This document shows, one piece after another, positions 1 to 13,069 of a stretch of DNA of 64,000 nucleotides. The position numbers and the translations under genes were made by a program. Numbering within the stretch: the first letter of the stretch is position 1; each line of letters opens with the position of its first letter. The notes under the pieces are model-generated. The model was not told where the DNA came from and did no database searches. It saw nothing but the letters and a program-made list of their open reading frames with translations. Source of the stretch: Lama glama. Its lineage: Eukaryota. The stretch covers positions 65,660,001 to 65,724,000 of the forward strand of contig CM052817.1 of assembly GCA_028534125.1 (NCBI GenBank), written 5' to 3'.

Positions 1-238
1 GCAGCATCTAGGTTAGGGAAGTCTCAAGAAAAAATAAAACACATTTTTTTCTTTAAAAAGATAGTATCTGTGGGCAGTGATCAGCTCTCACATCCTGGTT
101 TTTCAAATGAAAAATATCCTTCCAGTTTTAATATCCAAGATTAGTACTTTGGAGAACACATTTCTATTAGTGGAAAAAATTGAGCAATCTTTGGTAATCC
201 CAAAATTTGCTTTTTTATGTATGAATTATACATACATT

Positions 239-711
239 TGTATTAAGTACGGGGTCTACAGAGAAATAGGACCAACAGAAGACAGAGAGTGAGAGAGGGA
301 GACAGAAATTGAGAGGAGAGAGAGAGATTAAGTATAAGGAATTGATCCCATGTGGTTACAGAGGCTGAGAAGCCCCAAGATTTGCAGTTGGCAAGCTGGA
401 GACCCATTAGAGCTGATGGTGGTGTAAATTTCAGTCTGAAAGCTGGAAACACCAATGTCCAGCTCCGGCAGTCAAACCTAGGGTGTTCTCTTTTACCCCC
501 AGGAAGGTCAGCCTTTTTATTCTATTCAGGCCTTCAGCTGATTGGATGAGAGCAATCCACATTAGGGAGGGCAACCTGCTTTATTCAGTTTATTGATTAA
601 AATATTAACCTCATTCAAAATCACCCTCAGAGACACACCCAGAAGAACATTTCACCAAATATCTGGACACCTGGGGGCCCAGGCAAGTTGACACATAAAT
701 TAACCATCATA
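239..711 (-). mobile_element. MLT2-family (ERVL) solo LTR
   Basis: Starts TGTATTAAG...AGAGAAATAGGACCAA, contains GAGGCTGAGAAGCCCCAAGATTTGCAG and TATTCAGGCCTTCAGCTGATTGGATGAG, ends CAAGTTGACACATAAATTAACCATCA; resembles the reverse complement of the MLT2 consensus as recalled. Possible TSD ACATT (234-238, 711-715). Confidence 0.9.
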
Positions 712-2464
712 CATTACTGACCAAAAATACTTGGGGCATTAGAAGAAATAAAAATTTCAAATAATTAATTTAAAAATATTAAAAGCTACTTTAATTTTTT
801 CTTTCTAATTGATCACTTTTATTTAATTAAATTTTTGGGCATGTCTTCTCTTGGAGGTCACTGCCTAGAAGATCTTTGCTTTATGGTGGCTGAAATTGTA
901 CATATTCTTCAAGTCAGCCTTTATATTTCTAATCAGATCTAACTTCTCACATTCTTTCCTTCTGTAAAATGTATGTGCCCCTCTTTTAGCAATCAACTCA
1001 GTATGTCCCTTGGTAGAGACAGAAAGATGTCTGTGTATTGCCTATTTCTCTGAGTGACTTCCTTGGCTATTAGTACCAGAGTCATTCATTTTAAATCCCT
1101 ATTGAACAAAGTGGGCTCTCTTGCTCCTGGTAAAATGCTCAAAAGTGTTTGTGGAGGTAAATGAAATTGCTTAAATAAAAAGACCAAATTTCATATTTAA
1201 AAAGTGAAGGGATTTACCAAAATGAGTAGAGGATTATATTTAAAACTCATCTAGTTAGAATTTTGGACACATATTTTTCACATTAAAGGCTCAAGCCCAA
1301 CCCCACACTTCAATTTCACACCACAGAGCAATTTCCTGATGAATATTCTCAATAGCAATTCTCTGAGAACTTGAGCAAAGACATCCCCTCTCCCCTCATA
1401 CAGTTTAACTTACACAAAAAGTCTCACATGTGAAACGTGAGTCCACCTGTGGGTAAAAAGAACCCTGTTGAATTGAGAAACTTCATTTCTGGTCCTAATC
1501 ATGTTCTTGGTTCAGGAGGAATAATGACTTCACTAAACCCCTCAGAATAAACCATTCATTCCTTCTTGCATGTTTTCTTATAGAAGAGAGTTGAATCTGT
1601 TAATCAAAGGGTTGGCCAATAGTGGCCTAAAAAATAGTACTAATAAATATTTAAATGATGTAAAAGTAAAGTCATTTAAAAATAGAAGTTGTTACCATAA
1701 ATACGTGATGATGGACACTGGAAAGTTGAAGGAATAAGAGGTGAGAGCAGGAATAAAGAATTTCAACTAGGTGAATGGGTACATTCTCATGCTACATAAT
1801 TTTTTGTCATTGGAAGCGTCTCCTCCTCCATTTCCCCAAAGCTATCACCAGCCTTCAAAATTTCTTGAGGAAAGATCCTAAAGTCACCCAAATTCAGATG
1901 GATGTATTTTTAGACTGCCAGTGGGCCGGATATGAAGTTGCACTTACCGACATGACCCTAGAGAGAATGGAATGTTCCCTGGGACTTCAAAGCAACCAGA
2001 TTTAGAATCAACACTGAAGATTTTAGAGATGGATTGGTTTGCCTTGAAGAGCAGAGAAAGCTTGGCACCATGGGGGGCCTTGCAGCATATGGCTTTGTCC
2101 ATCTGGAAAGGGAGTGGGCTGTTGTTGCCAACTGCTCACTGCATGTCTGGGTTTAGACAAGTCTAAATCAAATCAAATAAAAATGTATGCTACACTAAGG
2201 CAAAATGTTTAATATTTCACAGTCATACATAAAGGAAATTTAAAGGATAGGTCTGTCCTCTATCCAGGTCTATCTAGCAAAGATTAGTGTTGAGAAAGGC
2301 CATGTGAAGTCAGGTCAACAACCCAGCATGCATAAGGATTCTCTAGCTTTGCCACAGTAATTGAAAATAGTTGACAGAGGCAAGGCTGCCTGCAGAATTT
2401 CCCTGGTTATTATTTAGAGAGAAACCCAACATCTACGGAGCAGCTAAGGTATTCTAGCACTAAA

Positions 2465-2575
2465 CTGCCATGAACACAGGGGCCTTATTTCTTCTGTTAA
2501 CTGCCATATGCCCAGAACCCAGCACAATGTCTTGCAAATAGGAGGCACCCAAAATATGTGTTGCAAGTTCAAATA
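2465..2575 (+). mobile_element. L2 3'-end fragment
   Basis: CCATGAACACAGGGGCC...CCCAGCACAATGTCTTGCAAATAGGAGGCACCCAAAATATGTGTTG resembles the L2 3' terminus. Confidence 0.6.
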
Positions 2576-2944
2576 GATGGAGTGACACAATGAATATCTA
2601 CCAACACTCCAACGTGCTCACAGCCTTGGCCCATTGTGTTGTTTAAACAAGGCTGGATTTCTAATCTTTTAATTTTACTCTTTAATATTCAACTATAAAG
2701 ATAAATAACACAAATAGTATAAAATGAAAGGTAGGGCAGGGAAAGTCAGGATATCCTGTCGTTTTCAATAGCAGTCCAACTCCTTAGAATCTTAGAGAAA
2801 CCCCACTGGGTTTCAGTTTCCTCAGGTAGAAAATGAATGGCTTAGACAAAATGATCTTTCAAAAATTATAGTATAAATTTCTAATATAGCTGCTTTTTTT
2901 TTTACAGGTATTGATTTCTCATTTTCCTTCTCTGTATTTTTAAA

Positions 2945-3084
2945 ATTCTTTCTCTTTTCGTCTAGATTCCCTTTTCTCTCTCTCTCCTTTTCTCTTTCCC
3001 CTTCCTCTCTTTCTCTCTGTGCTTCTGTCTGTCTGTCTCTCTCCTCTCTCTCCCCCCCATCCCTCTCCCTCTCTTCTCTCTTTT
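2945..3084. repeat. Imperfect (CT)n/(TCTG)n polypyrimidine tract
   Basis: Directly visible CT-rich low-complexity run; explains the R/E/G-rich ORF 2940..3146. Confidence 0.9.
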
Positions 3085-3859
3085 ATACAGACAGATGATA
3101 GACCCATCTCATCTCTTTTGAAGACATAGCAAATGTAATTATACAAACTACAGATGCCTTAATGGGGTCACAAAAGTATGAGATCCTTACTTTCTGACTT
3201 AAGCAGTTGAATAATGTCAAAAGCTGCTAAGTGCTTCCACATCAGAGGAGACTATAACCTTAATGGATAAAGTGATTTCTAGAAATATCTTACAAATTGC
3301 ACCTTGAGGCTTAACAGTATTATGTAAATGTCTGATGTCATTTTCATTAATGATGATTATCTTCACCTCAACAGGAGGGGGGAAAAAAGAGAGTCCCATT
3401 TAATGAAAATGTTTACCCAAGAATTTTTTTCCCGGTAGCCAAATAACTAAAGCACATTGAAGTATTACATCAAATTTATATGGCATTTTATAAGCATGTA
3501 ACATAGCTTTGGTGATGCAGTAAAGGAAGTAGGTTTTCGAGCTTTATGGCGTGGTGTCTGGAGAGGGGTTTGTACAAGAAGCCCGGTTCTCTTCGGGGAG
3601 CTAGTTATGCGCAGTGCCCTGAGGCTTCCGCAAAGCCATCGTCTCTAGAAGCCCCACCACCTGGCCTGGAGCTTCTGCTGGGTGCATTATTTCATTATTT
3701 ATTATGGTCACAAGAAAAGTCTAGTATGAATTATTGCATAACCTGTAATCATAAGTCTATTGGTATAACAATTGGTATTTTATGACAGTTATTCCATTCA
3801 AAACCACATTTTTAAAAAAGAGAAGAAAATATAGAAAACCAGGTTGACCACAAGAAAAA

Positions 3860-4510
3860 AATTATTTCCTCCATTCCAACTTTTTAATGTAAAAAATCAA
3901 ATGCTCCTGATCTTCATTCCCACTCTTTAGAGGAAACTACTGTGAACATTTTCTTGTGTTTCTATAGCTCTTTTTATGTGTATGTATATCTTTCATTTTT
4001 AAGTATTGACATTTTTCAATAAAAAAAACTATAGGTCTATCACATTAAAATCTGTCATAAAATCTATTAAACAGTTACGCAATAGTTTATCTAACAAGTC
4101 TCTTGTTGAGGGACAAAAATATTTTCCCCAATTAAAAAAATGAGAATATAAAAATGAGTGTATTTATATATTAATGCAACATAGAAATGTTGCATTAAAC
4201 ATCTTTGCATTCAGATCTCTGCCTGCTTGAATGAGTAGAGCTATAGGAAAAAGTCCATAGAGACGGAATGGTTGGGTCCAAGAGTCTGTGCACGTTAAAT
4301 TTTGATAGATGCCAAATTGTTATCCAAAGGGAATGTGCCTACATTTCCCCATCCATTCGAATCCTGGGCAATGCTGCATATTGAATCTTTTCCTGTCTAA
4401 ATGGTGAAAAATGCTATCACACTGTTCTAACTTCCATCTTATTGTGAGTGAGGTAGAACATCTTTTCATGTGATTGTTGGTGTTTCTCTTTCTCTTCCTG
4501 TGGATTCATA
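3860..4510 (-). mobile_element. Old L1 (L1ME-like) fragments
   Basis: GGAATGGTTGGGTCCAAGAG...TTTGATAGATGCCAAATTG and GAGGTAGAACATCTTTTCATGTG...TTGG resemble antisense L1 ORF2-end/3'UTR. Confidence 0.6.
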
Positions 4511-7500
4511 ATGTGAATACATTTTTAATTTGCAGCCTCAGTGAGTCCTCTTAGTTTCTGCCAAGTTTCCTTAGTGGCTACAAAGGATTCTTGAAATAAA
4601 TGATGTGCCTCCTCACCACTCCTCACCCCATTCCAGAATCTGAACAACACTGCCTCATTCAGAAAATATTAGAGAGGAGAGCGAAAGACAGAGAAAGACA
4701 AGTAGTGAAGTCTGAACTCCTGAATGATGTAATTTTGAATTTCACACCCGCTAAAAAGAGGTATGCCCTGGACCATCAACGTGAGAGGGAAGCTGCAGCA
4801 ATTCCAGGAATTTACTGTGGTCCTTGACAGTCCTCTTCACCCAGGCAGTGGCAGTGGAGAGCGTTAGAGCCCAGAACCTACAGTAGCGTCATAGTTCCAC
4901 ACTGGATTTGTAACCAAAGGTAAATCTATTTCCCAAAGTCCTCCTTTAACAGCACTCTTATAAATAAGAAAATGCAAGTGTCTATAAATCTCCGCCTTAT
5001 CTGTCCACCTGTGCAGAGATTACACACCTGGGAGAATGACTTCAATCACCAGACTCTCCCACCTCGCCTGGATACACTGTGAGTGAAACATGACAGGCAA
5101 GTAGAGGGTTCTAGTAAAACTTATTTTCATTTCCAAGCGTGAGTAACTCTGATGTGACTGCTTTTGCTTACAACATATTCGGTGACATCTCCTCAGCCTA
5201 TTTATGATGAAATTGAGGAATCATACATAAAAATCCACTCTCCTTACTTTATTACCACTCTTCAGAAAGGACTTTTCCATTCATCTTTCTCAATTTCTAA
5301 AAATAAACAAAAAGTAACTAAGAGCAAACCTGACCTTTTTTATTTACTACGACTTATCACTCATTTCCATTATCAGCTCTTGCAGTGTTCACTGGCTTGT
5401 GCCGAAAATAAAAATAGTTGAGGGAGGTGGGGAGGACACACAGAACAGCAGTGATGATAACATAAGAGGAGGGGAATACAGAGAATCCTAAAAACGAAAA
5501 AAATCAGTCCTTCATCTTTTCTTATATAGGGCCGGGGCTCACATTTCCCTCTGTTACTGTAGAAGGATTATTTATAGATTGGTATAAGGAAACATGTTCT
5601 AAAAGAGGGACCACTGCCAGCTCCGTGCCTCTTGAGGCCAAGACAAGGTCAAGTCCCCTGATCAGCAGAGCAGCTTGTGAGTAACAAAGAAGCTGGTCCC
5701 CCTCAGTGTTCCATGTGGCCTGGATGTACGCATCCTTTCTTTGACATTAATGGACTCAGGTGCCCCAAGGGACCTGCAGACTTACTAATGTCCAAGGACT
5801 TCAAGTTAATAGATTTGTACACTTGCAAATTGTTTTATTCTACTCTCCTTTGTTCTTTCTTTGCCATTATTTAAAAAAAATTAAGCAAGTATGTGTGTTT
5901 AGTGGAGGACAACGTGCTGGGTTTGTGAAAAGCTGCACAAATCACATCTATGAATTCTCAGCTTATAATCTAAAACAGTGCTGATATCTGACAAAGCTTC
6001 GGGGTCAGTGTTAGGAGAGGTGTATTTTTATTGACGGTAAGCAGCAAATTACCCAGCAGCCAGGGGAAGAGTCAGCAGTATTTTAGTAATTCGCTTTACA
6101 CTGAGAAAACCAAATAACAGGTTTCCATCGAATAATATGATTCTATGTTTACTCAATTACAGATACAAATTGGAAAATAAAATTATTTTTCAGAAACTCC
6201 AGAATTATGTAATCCATCTTTGAAAATAGAATTCTTTCTTACAATAGAGTTTGGGATTCCTTTTTTTTTTTTTTTTAAGTACTACGGAACCTAATCCTTG
6301 GTATGTTTGAGCAGTAAATTTCCTTTGGGCCCTATTTTAGCCATTTCCTACATTCCATGAACAGGAGGATATGGGAGTGGTGGCTGCTTCCCATTTATCT
6401 AATCTATCTCTAACCTCGGAAACTAAAGGTTAAATTCAACTCCATTCTTGCCCATGGGCTGACAGAGGGGAATCATTCAGCCAGAACAACCACCCACAAT
6501 TTTTTTCATGCTGCATTATCCTCTCTAGATATCAATGGTGAGGGACTGGAGGAGTAAAATCTGGGTCCCCCAAAAGCTCTCTAGCATGAGCAAAGAGAAA
6601 CGGTAATAGAATGTTCACCACTACAAACAGCTTCAAAGTAGGATCATGCAAATCTGAACTTTTCTATCACAACAGTTATCTCCTTTTCTATGGCAAAATT
6701 GTAACTGTTAAATGTATAACTGATAACAGTGGAGGAAGTATAATCTCCTTTCCTTCATGTATGAAGATGATGTTATCTATCTTGCAATGTTGGGTCTGTA
6801 ATTCAGATTACTGTCTAGTTAGGAGGAAAATTTGGAAATTTCTATAATAAAAATGGGGGAAAATAGAAAAACCAATACCTGGCTTAAGGAAAGTATAAAA
6901 GGGAACTTTGTAGTTTTATGCTGATCATTTATGTTCTGTGTAGGGACGATACAAATGAAATAATAAAATAAGGATTAAAAGCATAATTGTTTTGGGGGCC
7001 AGAAGACTTGAGAAAACACTGCTGAGTTTGCTGTTGGTCTGTGAATGGCTGAACTTTCCATAAATGAGAAAAAGTAGTTTTTTACTTTCCTCTCTAGTTA
7101 CACGATATCATTTCGTCCCAGAAGAGCTGCCTCTGGAGAGAAGTGAGTGATTAACCTGGAATTCTGGGAGTTAGCTTTGCTTGCTGGTAAAGATCATCTA
7201 ACTCTGTATATTTGTCCAGGATACAAATGGGAAAAATAAGAAATCAGAAACCAATCGAGGGCTGGAAATTTAACGATGGTTTAAAAATGCTATTATTGGT
7301 AAATTTTTCAGTTTACAAACTTTGCAAAGAGTTCTCTTTCATTTTCTGTTTGCTTAAAAAGTATTGTCTTCCATATTCTCTTAGGTTTGAATTCTAGAAG
7401 TAAACTTTAAAATATTATTTAAGGGCAAATAATGCCTAAGTGTAACTTGGAAAGAAACTGATATGATGATAAAGAGCACCCTCATTTCCAAACTGAAATG

Positions 7501-9468
7501 TGGTTAATCAGTCTCAGAATCCATGGTCTTCTGGATAAGAAGCGAGTTTGAGATGTACTCTGACCCTTCACCCTCCATCTGCTGCTCTGGGAGGAGTCAG
7601 AATGGCCTTGCTTCTGCAAGGTTATGGGAGGCAAGAAAAATGCATATCAGGTTATATTCATAAACTTTTTAGAGCTCTTTGAAAGATGACCCAAATAGAA
7701 ATATCATTAAATTTGCATTTAGAATTAAAATTCAAAAGGATATAGAGGATAATTACTTTATAAGCAAATGTAAAATGAAAAACTTGTAAGACATTCACCA
7801 GTGAAATACCATTAGGTTAGATGTAATTCACATTTTTATAACAGAATAGCCATAAATAGTATCTTCTGAAATTCAGTTGCCTAAGCTAGGTCTTCACCTC
7901 CTGAAAGAACTGTTACACTGTAGGACACTCCTCACAATTAGAGGTTGTGGATAGAAAGAAGCCAAGGCTAATTCTGGCTCCCTCGCCCCTGTGATGACAA
8001 ATCTTCTCCCAGGAGATTCAGCTTGTCTTCAGATAGCAAAGAATACTTTGATAAGATCTTTTACTACTTGGCATAGTTCTGTAATGGCCTAAATCTCCAT
8101 GCAGAAAATTTCATCAATATTCTGTTAGCAAATTGGTAGTCTCTGATTCTTTATGCTCTACTTTCTTTTGCAATTACACGTTTTCTCTATTGAACATGAA
8201 GTATTTAATAGTAATAATTTTATAGATTTTTGTTATCTTTTAATTAATCATCTAATTACTTTTACAGCTATGTGGCACTCAACTCACCATCCTGTGATCT
8301 TAATTTCACAAACATCTTTCTGACCAGAGAGAATGCACAATCTGGTAATGTAAGTGTGGCTCTTATATCTCTCCATGTAAATCGAAAAGCTTTTCCAGCA
8401 GGTTTGTCAATAAGAAGGATGGATCACCAAGGCTGGGGTGGAACTGAGCCTGCAGGAAGTCAGTTGTCAGAGGGGGCGGGTCCTTGGAGAAAGGAGACCA
8501 CATGGGCCATAACAGGGATCTGAAGTATTTTTCCTTCATTCTGGTTTCTAAATCCAAATTAGCAGGCCTAACAAATCAAAGTGGTGTCAATAACTAGAAG
8601 CAAAGTATTGAGAACAATGAAACGTCTCTCTTGTGACATGTTATAAAATCTCAGGCTGCGACAGAATTGCAATCAAGTCAGGCATTGAGGATGGCAGGGA
8701 ACCACGCTGCAGCAGCACCTGAGTTGCTTTTCCTCCTGTCAACACAATGAAACATCAACTTTTTCCTTGGAAAAGGAGGTGATGTCAGCTTTCCCTTGTC
8801 AGCTTCTAATCCTGTGTCCTGTGATTGGTTCCCTGATATCCTAGCAGCTTATTACTCTTTTTCATCTGAATGCATTAGGCTGCCTGGTTAGTGGACCTTA
8901 TGGTACTACAGGCAACTCCCATTCTCAAGGTTAGGGTTAGTGATGATGTCTCTACTGGCTTTGAAACGCGGCAGTTCAACCCTTTGGCAGAGTGATGTAT
9001 GGAAATTGCTTCTTGATTACCCTCTACTACTCAAAATTCAAAGGAGCAAAAGAGTTCCAGAAACAAAAATAGTCAAACATGTCACCTACCAATAATTTAC
9101 TTTGCATCTAACATAGAGATAGGACTTTGCATTGGAAGACAACCAGTCTTGAATGGAAGTCAGAAGGCCCAGCTTGTAATCTTGGCATTTTTCACTGTCT
9201 ACATCAGTGACCCAGGGAAAGTCATGCTTTCTGCATCTAAACTTGTGGAGTTCTAAGAACCAGACAAGAAATCCTATTCTTGGATAATATGCCAAGTCAA
9301 GACTTAGTTAAACAAATATTTTATATGTAAAATAGTATAGTAATACATTAATATGTATTTTTTAAATATTTCTAAGTTCTGTTACAACTCTATAATTCCC
9401 AGTTTCCCTTCCACTTTGCAAGTTTGCCTCTTGTTTAGGAGAGATCAAAAGTCACAACTTAACAATTT

Positions 9469-9696
9469 AGGAGTTTGGGATAAGCAGATACAAGCTACTA
9501 TATATAAACTAGATAAATGACAAAGGTCTACTGGATAGCACAGGGAATTATATTCAATATCTTGTAATAACCTATAATGAAAAATAATATGAAAAAGAAT
9601 GTATATATATGTATAACTGAATCACTATGCTGTACACCAGAAATTAACAAAACATTGTAAACCAACTATACTTCAACAAAAAAAAAATTTAAAAAA
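9469..9696 (+). mobile_element. 5'-truncated artiodactyl-type L1 3' end with A-rich tail
   Basis: GGAGTTTGGGATAAGCAGATACAAGCTACTATATATAAA...AGCACAGGGAATTATATTCAATATCTTGTAATAACCTATAATG...GTATAACTGAATCACTATGCTGTACACCAGAAATTAAC...AACTATACTTCAA then poly(A). Confidence 0.9.
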
Positions 9697-11689
9697 GGAG
9701 ATAAGAACTGGATCATGTGCTTATTCCATCAAACTCAGAAGCTGCATTGTTAAAGTGACATTTTATCAGTGTCACACAGCTACATTATTTCCAAACTCTG
9801 ATGTCTTTGAAATCATAAAAGTAATGCACACTTATTAATATATTTTGATTTATTAACTCAAACATGATGCAAGTTAGAAGGTAGTTATTTGGCTTTATTA
9901 ATATTCTAAACAAGTTTCTTAGCTATAAAGAAGACTTTAGGGCACCTCATTAGGAAAATTCCAATTGAGATAAAGATTAGTGTTTGTACAAATTCCCATC
10001 ATAGAATGTTGCTATTTGTACCTTCATTGGTCATTTGAAACTTTTCTTCACAGAAAAAAAATGTCACAATTTGAAAACTTAAGGGTATAATTCAGTAAAT
10101 GATTCAACTTCTGTCACTTATGCAAATACATACCTATACAATTTTCTACTCAAAAATATTTTAGAACTAAAGGGGAAATATTGACAATAACCTCCTTTGC
10201 TCACACAAATAGCAGCCATTGAGTGAAACAGTCTTTCATGGGCAAGGAAGCATTTCATTGAGCAGTTAGTTCTCAAGGTGAGAAGGTCCTGCTTTAAGGT
10301 CCCAAGCAGAAATAAGGCATGGTGACAGAACAGAGACAAAGGAGCTCAGTGTGAGTCAGTCCTGGGTTTTGTAACATTAAAAAATAAGGTAGCTTTACTA
10401 ATTGGTGCTTTGAACTATAACTTCAAATGGACTGTGAGTTTCCACTCACGTTGCTGAAGGTTCTGAAGGTAACAGTTATTTAGTAAAGAAATGGTAAAAT
10501 GGCAGAAAGGCTGTATGCATAGTCACATTTTTGTCCATTCAGCAATTTTTCTCCTATTTAGTATTTTTGGTGCATGTATAAAAATTTGTGATACTTTAGC
10601 TTTCCTTTGGAACTGGCTGTAATACAGCAGTGCCCATCCTTGGTCTGTGAACGGAAATTCTGAGGCGAGAAAAAAATCATCTCACTCACCTCATGAAACC
10701 TACAGGAATCATAAAACAGCTTTTGGGGAAAGTCTTGATTGTTTTTCTGTCCTTATCTCTGCACTTACTTCTCTCGAGAGTAAGCTGTTCAGGGCATGGT
10801 TGAAGTGAGTGGGCTGTGTGGAAGATGATGAAGTGGGGACCCAGATAAAGCCAGGGACATTAGAGCCTTGTGAGTGTTGTTGTTTTTGCCCAAAAGAGAG
10901 CAATTCAGAGGCTGGTTCTATTTCACTCCTGCTTCCAAGTGAATTCAACCTGAATGCTGTGTTTGCAGAATGTTAATTAACTGATCTTAATCCCAAATAA
11001 GTCAGAACTGCCTGTGTGAATACTCCCACAACAAGGAGAGCTGTGCCCTCTCATGCAGAAGGATTATTTTGGGACACGGGCCCCCATTATGTGCTTATGT
11101 AATACATCTGAACTTCTCCGAAAATGCTCAGTTAAAACAGCTACCATTTTGAATATGGGCAGCTGACTTTAACAGTCCAGTTTCCTCTATTTGAAAGACG
11201 AAAAAAATAGAAGTAGCTAAAGAAGGTTGTTTTCAAATGTAGAAAAGCTTTCCAACATGTATAAAGATGTTTATAGATTTACTTCCAGTTGATTTTTTTC
11301 AACTTAAATTTCTTCAATCTTTTCTCTAAATCCATCTCTTGTACATTTTGGAGAAAAATTCCAATTTAAGTCTAAATTAAATTAGGACAAATATTTAGGG
11401 AAAAATTTTTTTTGTTACATTCACATTCTTAAAATGATTTGAATTGGAAGATATTCAAGAATTGTCATAAAATTCAAGAGAAATGCTCAGTTTCTACATA
11501 CCAATAAAGACTGAATTGGGGACTATAATGAAAGTATTAGAAAAGTAACTGCTAAGAATTATGATGTCACTTATATTTTCAGCTTGATCACTTCTCCCTG
11601 ACCCAGAACAAAGGTAGCCTCAATTCAATGGAAATGATATATATTCATTTCCTAGGCATATATGTTATTGCACACTTCTGCCAGCTTAC

Positions 11690-11890
11690 TGTGGTGTAAG
11701 CAGTATGCCATTTGGAGTCAAGCAGATTTGAGTATGAATCCCAATTATATCCCCTGATGACTGTTCATACTTAACCTCTGTCTAACTTGGCTTTCTCTTC
11801 TATAAAACGGGATAATGACATTCACCTCTATATTTGAAATAATATAATGAAAGCACTGAGTACAGGCTTGCACATAATAAATATTAAATA
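11690..11890 (+). mobile_element. MIR SINE
   Basis: TTTGGAGTCAAGCAGATTTGAGTATGAATCCC...ACTTAACCTCTG...CTATAAAACGGGATAATGA MIR core. Confidence 0.7.
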
Positions 11891-11989
11891 TCTATTATTT
11901 CTCCTACCTTTTCTTCACATGTATCAAAGTATTACCATGCATATGTGGGATAATTTTCAACCAAAAAAAATATGTAAAATAGCTTGAGG

Positions 11990-12200
11990 AAGTGACAGTG
12001 GTATAGAGGAAAAAACACAGGCTTTGGAATCATAGAAATTTTGATTTAACTTTACTATCTCTTTTTAGATTTATAATCTTCAAATCTCAAGCTTTACATT
12101 GACAAAATGGGGGTAGAAATACCTACTATGTAAGATTTTGCGTAATTAAATGTGGGAATTTCCCAGCATCATGCTTGTCACTAGGTAGAGCTCTAGTGAG
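11990..12200 (+). mobile_element. MIR SINE (degenerate)
   Basis: GGTATAGAGGAAAAAACACAGGCTTTGGAATCA...AAAATGGGGGTAGAAATACCTAC. Confidence 0.6.
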
Positions 12201-13069
12201 TGACCAGGGTCATTATTTATTGTCCTAATTTTGGTTTAAAGGGAACAGTGTAAATATTATCAGAAGTTATGCTGGAGGGAGTCAGTCATGAGCAGAGTGT
12301 AAGATATAAAAATGAGAAGACTATATAAATTTAAAGATTTTAATGAAAGAATATAAATATAACTTGTGGCAATACATAATAATCATTCACAAAGAAAATA
12401 TTTTATCCTAATTTAATAAATCCTTTACTAATTAGAATATAAAATATATTACACTGCTTTCCTTATTTCTTACCTGAGGGAAATACTTTTTTTCCTCCTT
12501 AGACTGAGTATAAATATGGCACTATTTCACGGGAAAATGAAAGTCTGGCAAAAGTGCATAAGGGTTACTTTTGTCATCACTTATATGAGACACTAACTTT
12601 GACAGATAGTTTGCAATCATTTATTATGAAGTCATATTATACTTTCATCACACCACTTAGCATGTATTACATATACCTTAAATAGGAACTAAAATTCTTC
12701 TATTTCCTTTCTCTATTGAATTTTATGGTGAATCAATTTGCCTATTATACACACACAAAAACAAATCAACTAATCAATTAGCTCTATAAATTTGGTACTT
12801 TTACAAGGTGTACCAAATGCTTGAAATAACATGAAAATTCATTTATTTTCATCTGCCTTCCAGAAACTCAAATTATTCAAGTCCTCTACTCATGTACGCT
12901 TTTTTCCTTCAGTATCGGTTTTACAGTCATGGTGCTTGCGGACACCCATGTTGGAAAGCCCATCAAGAAACAGCAAAGAATTGGAGCTTTTCTGCCTCTC
13001 CTCCATTGGACTCTACCAGGGCTTCCATGAGAGCAACTTATGTTCAGTTCACAATGGGTGTAGCTCGTA

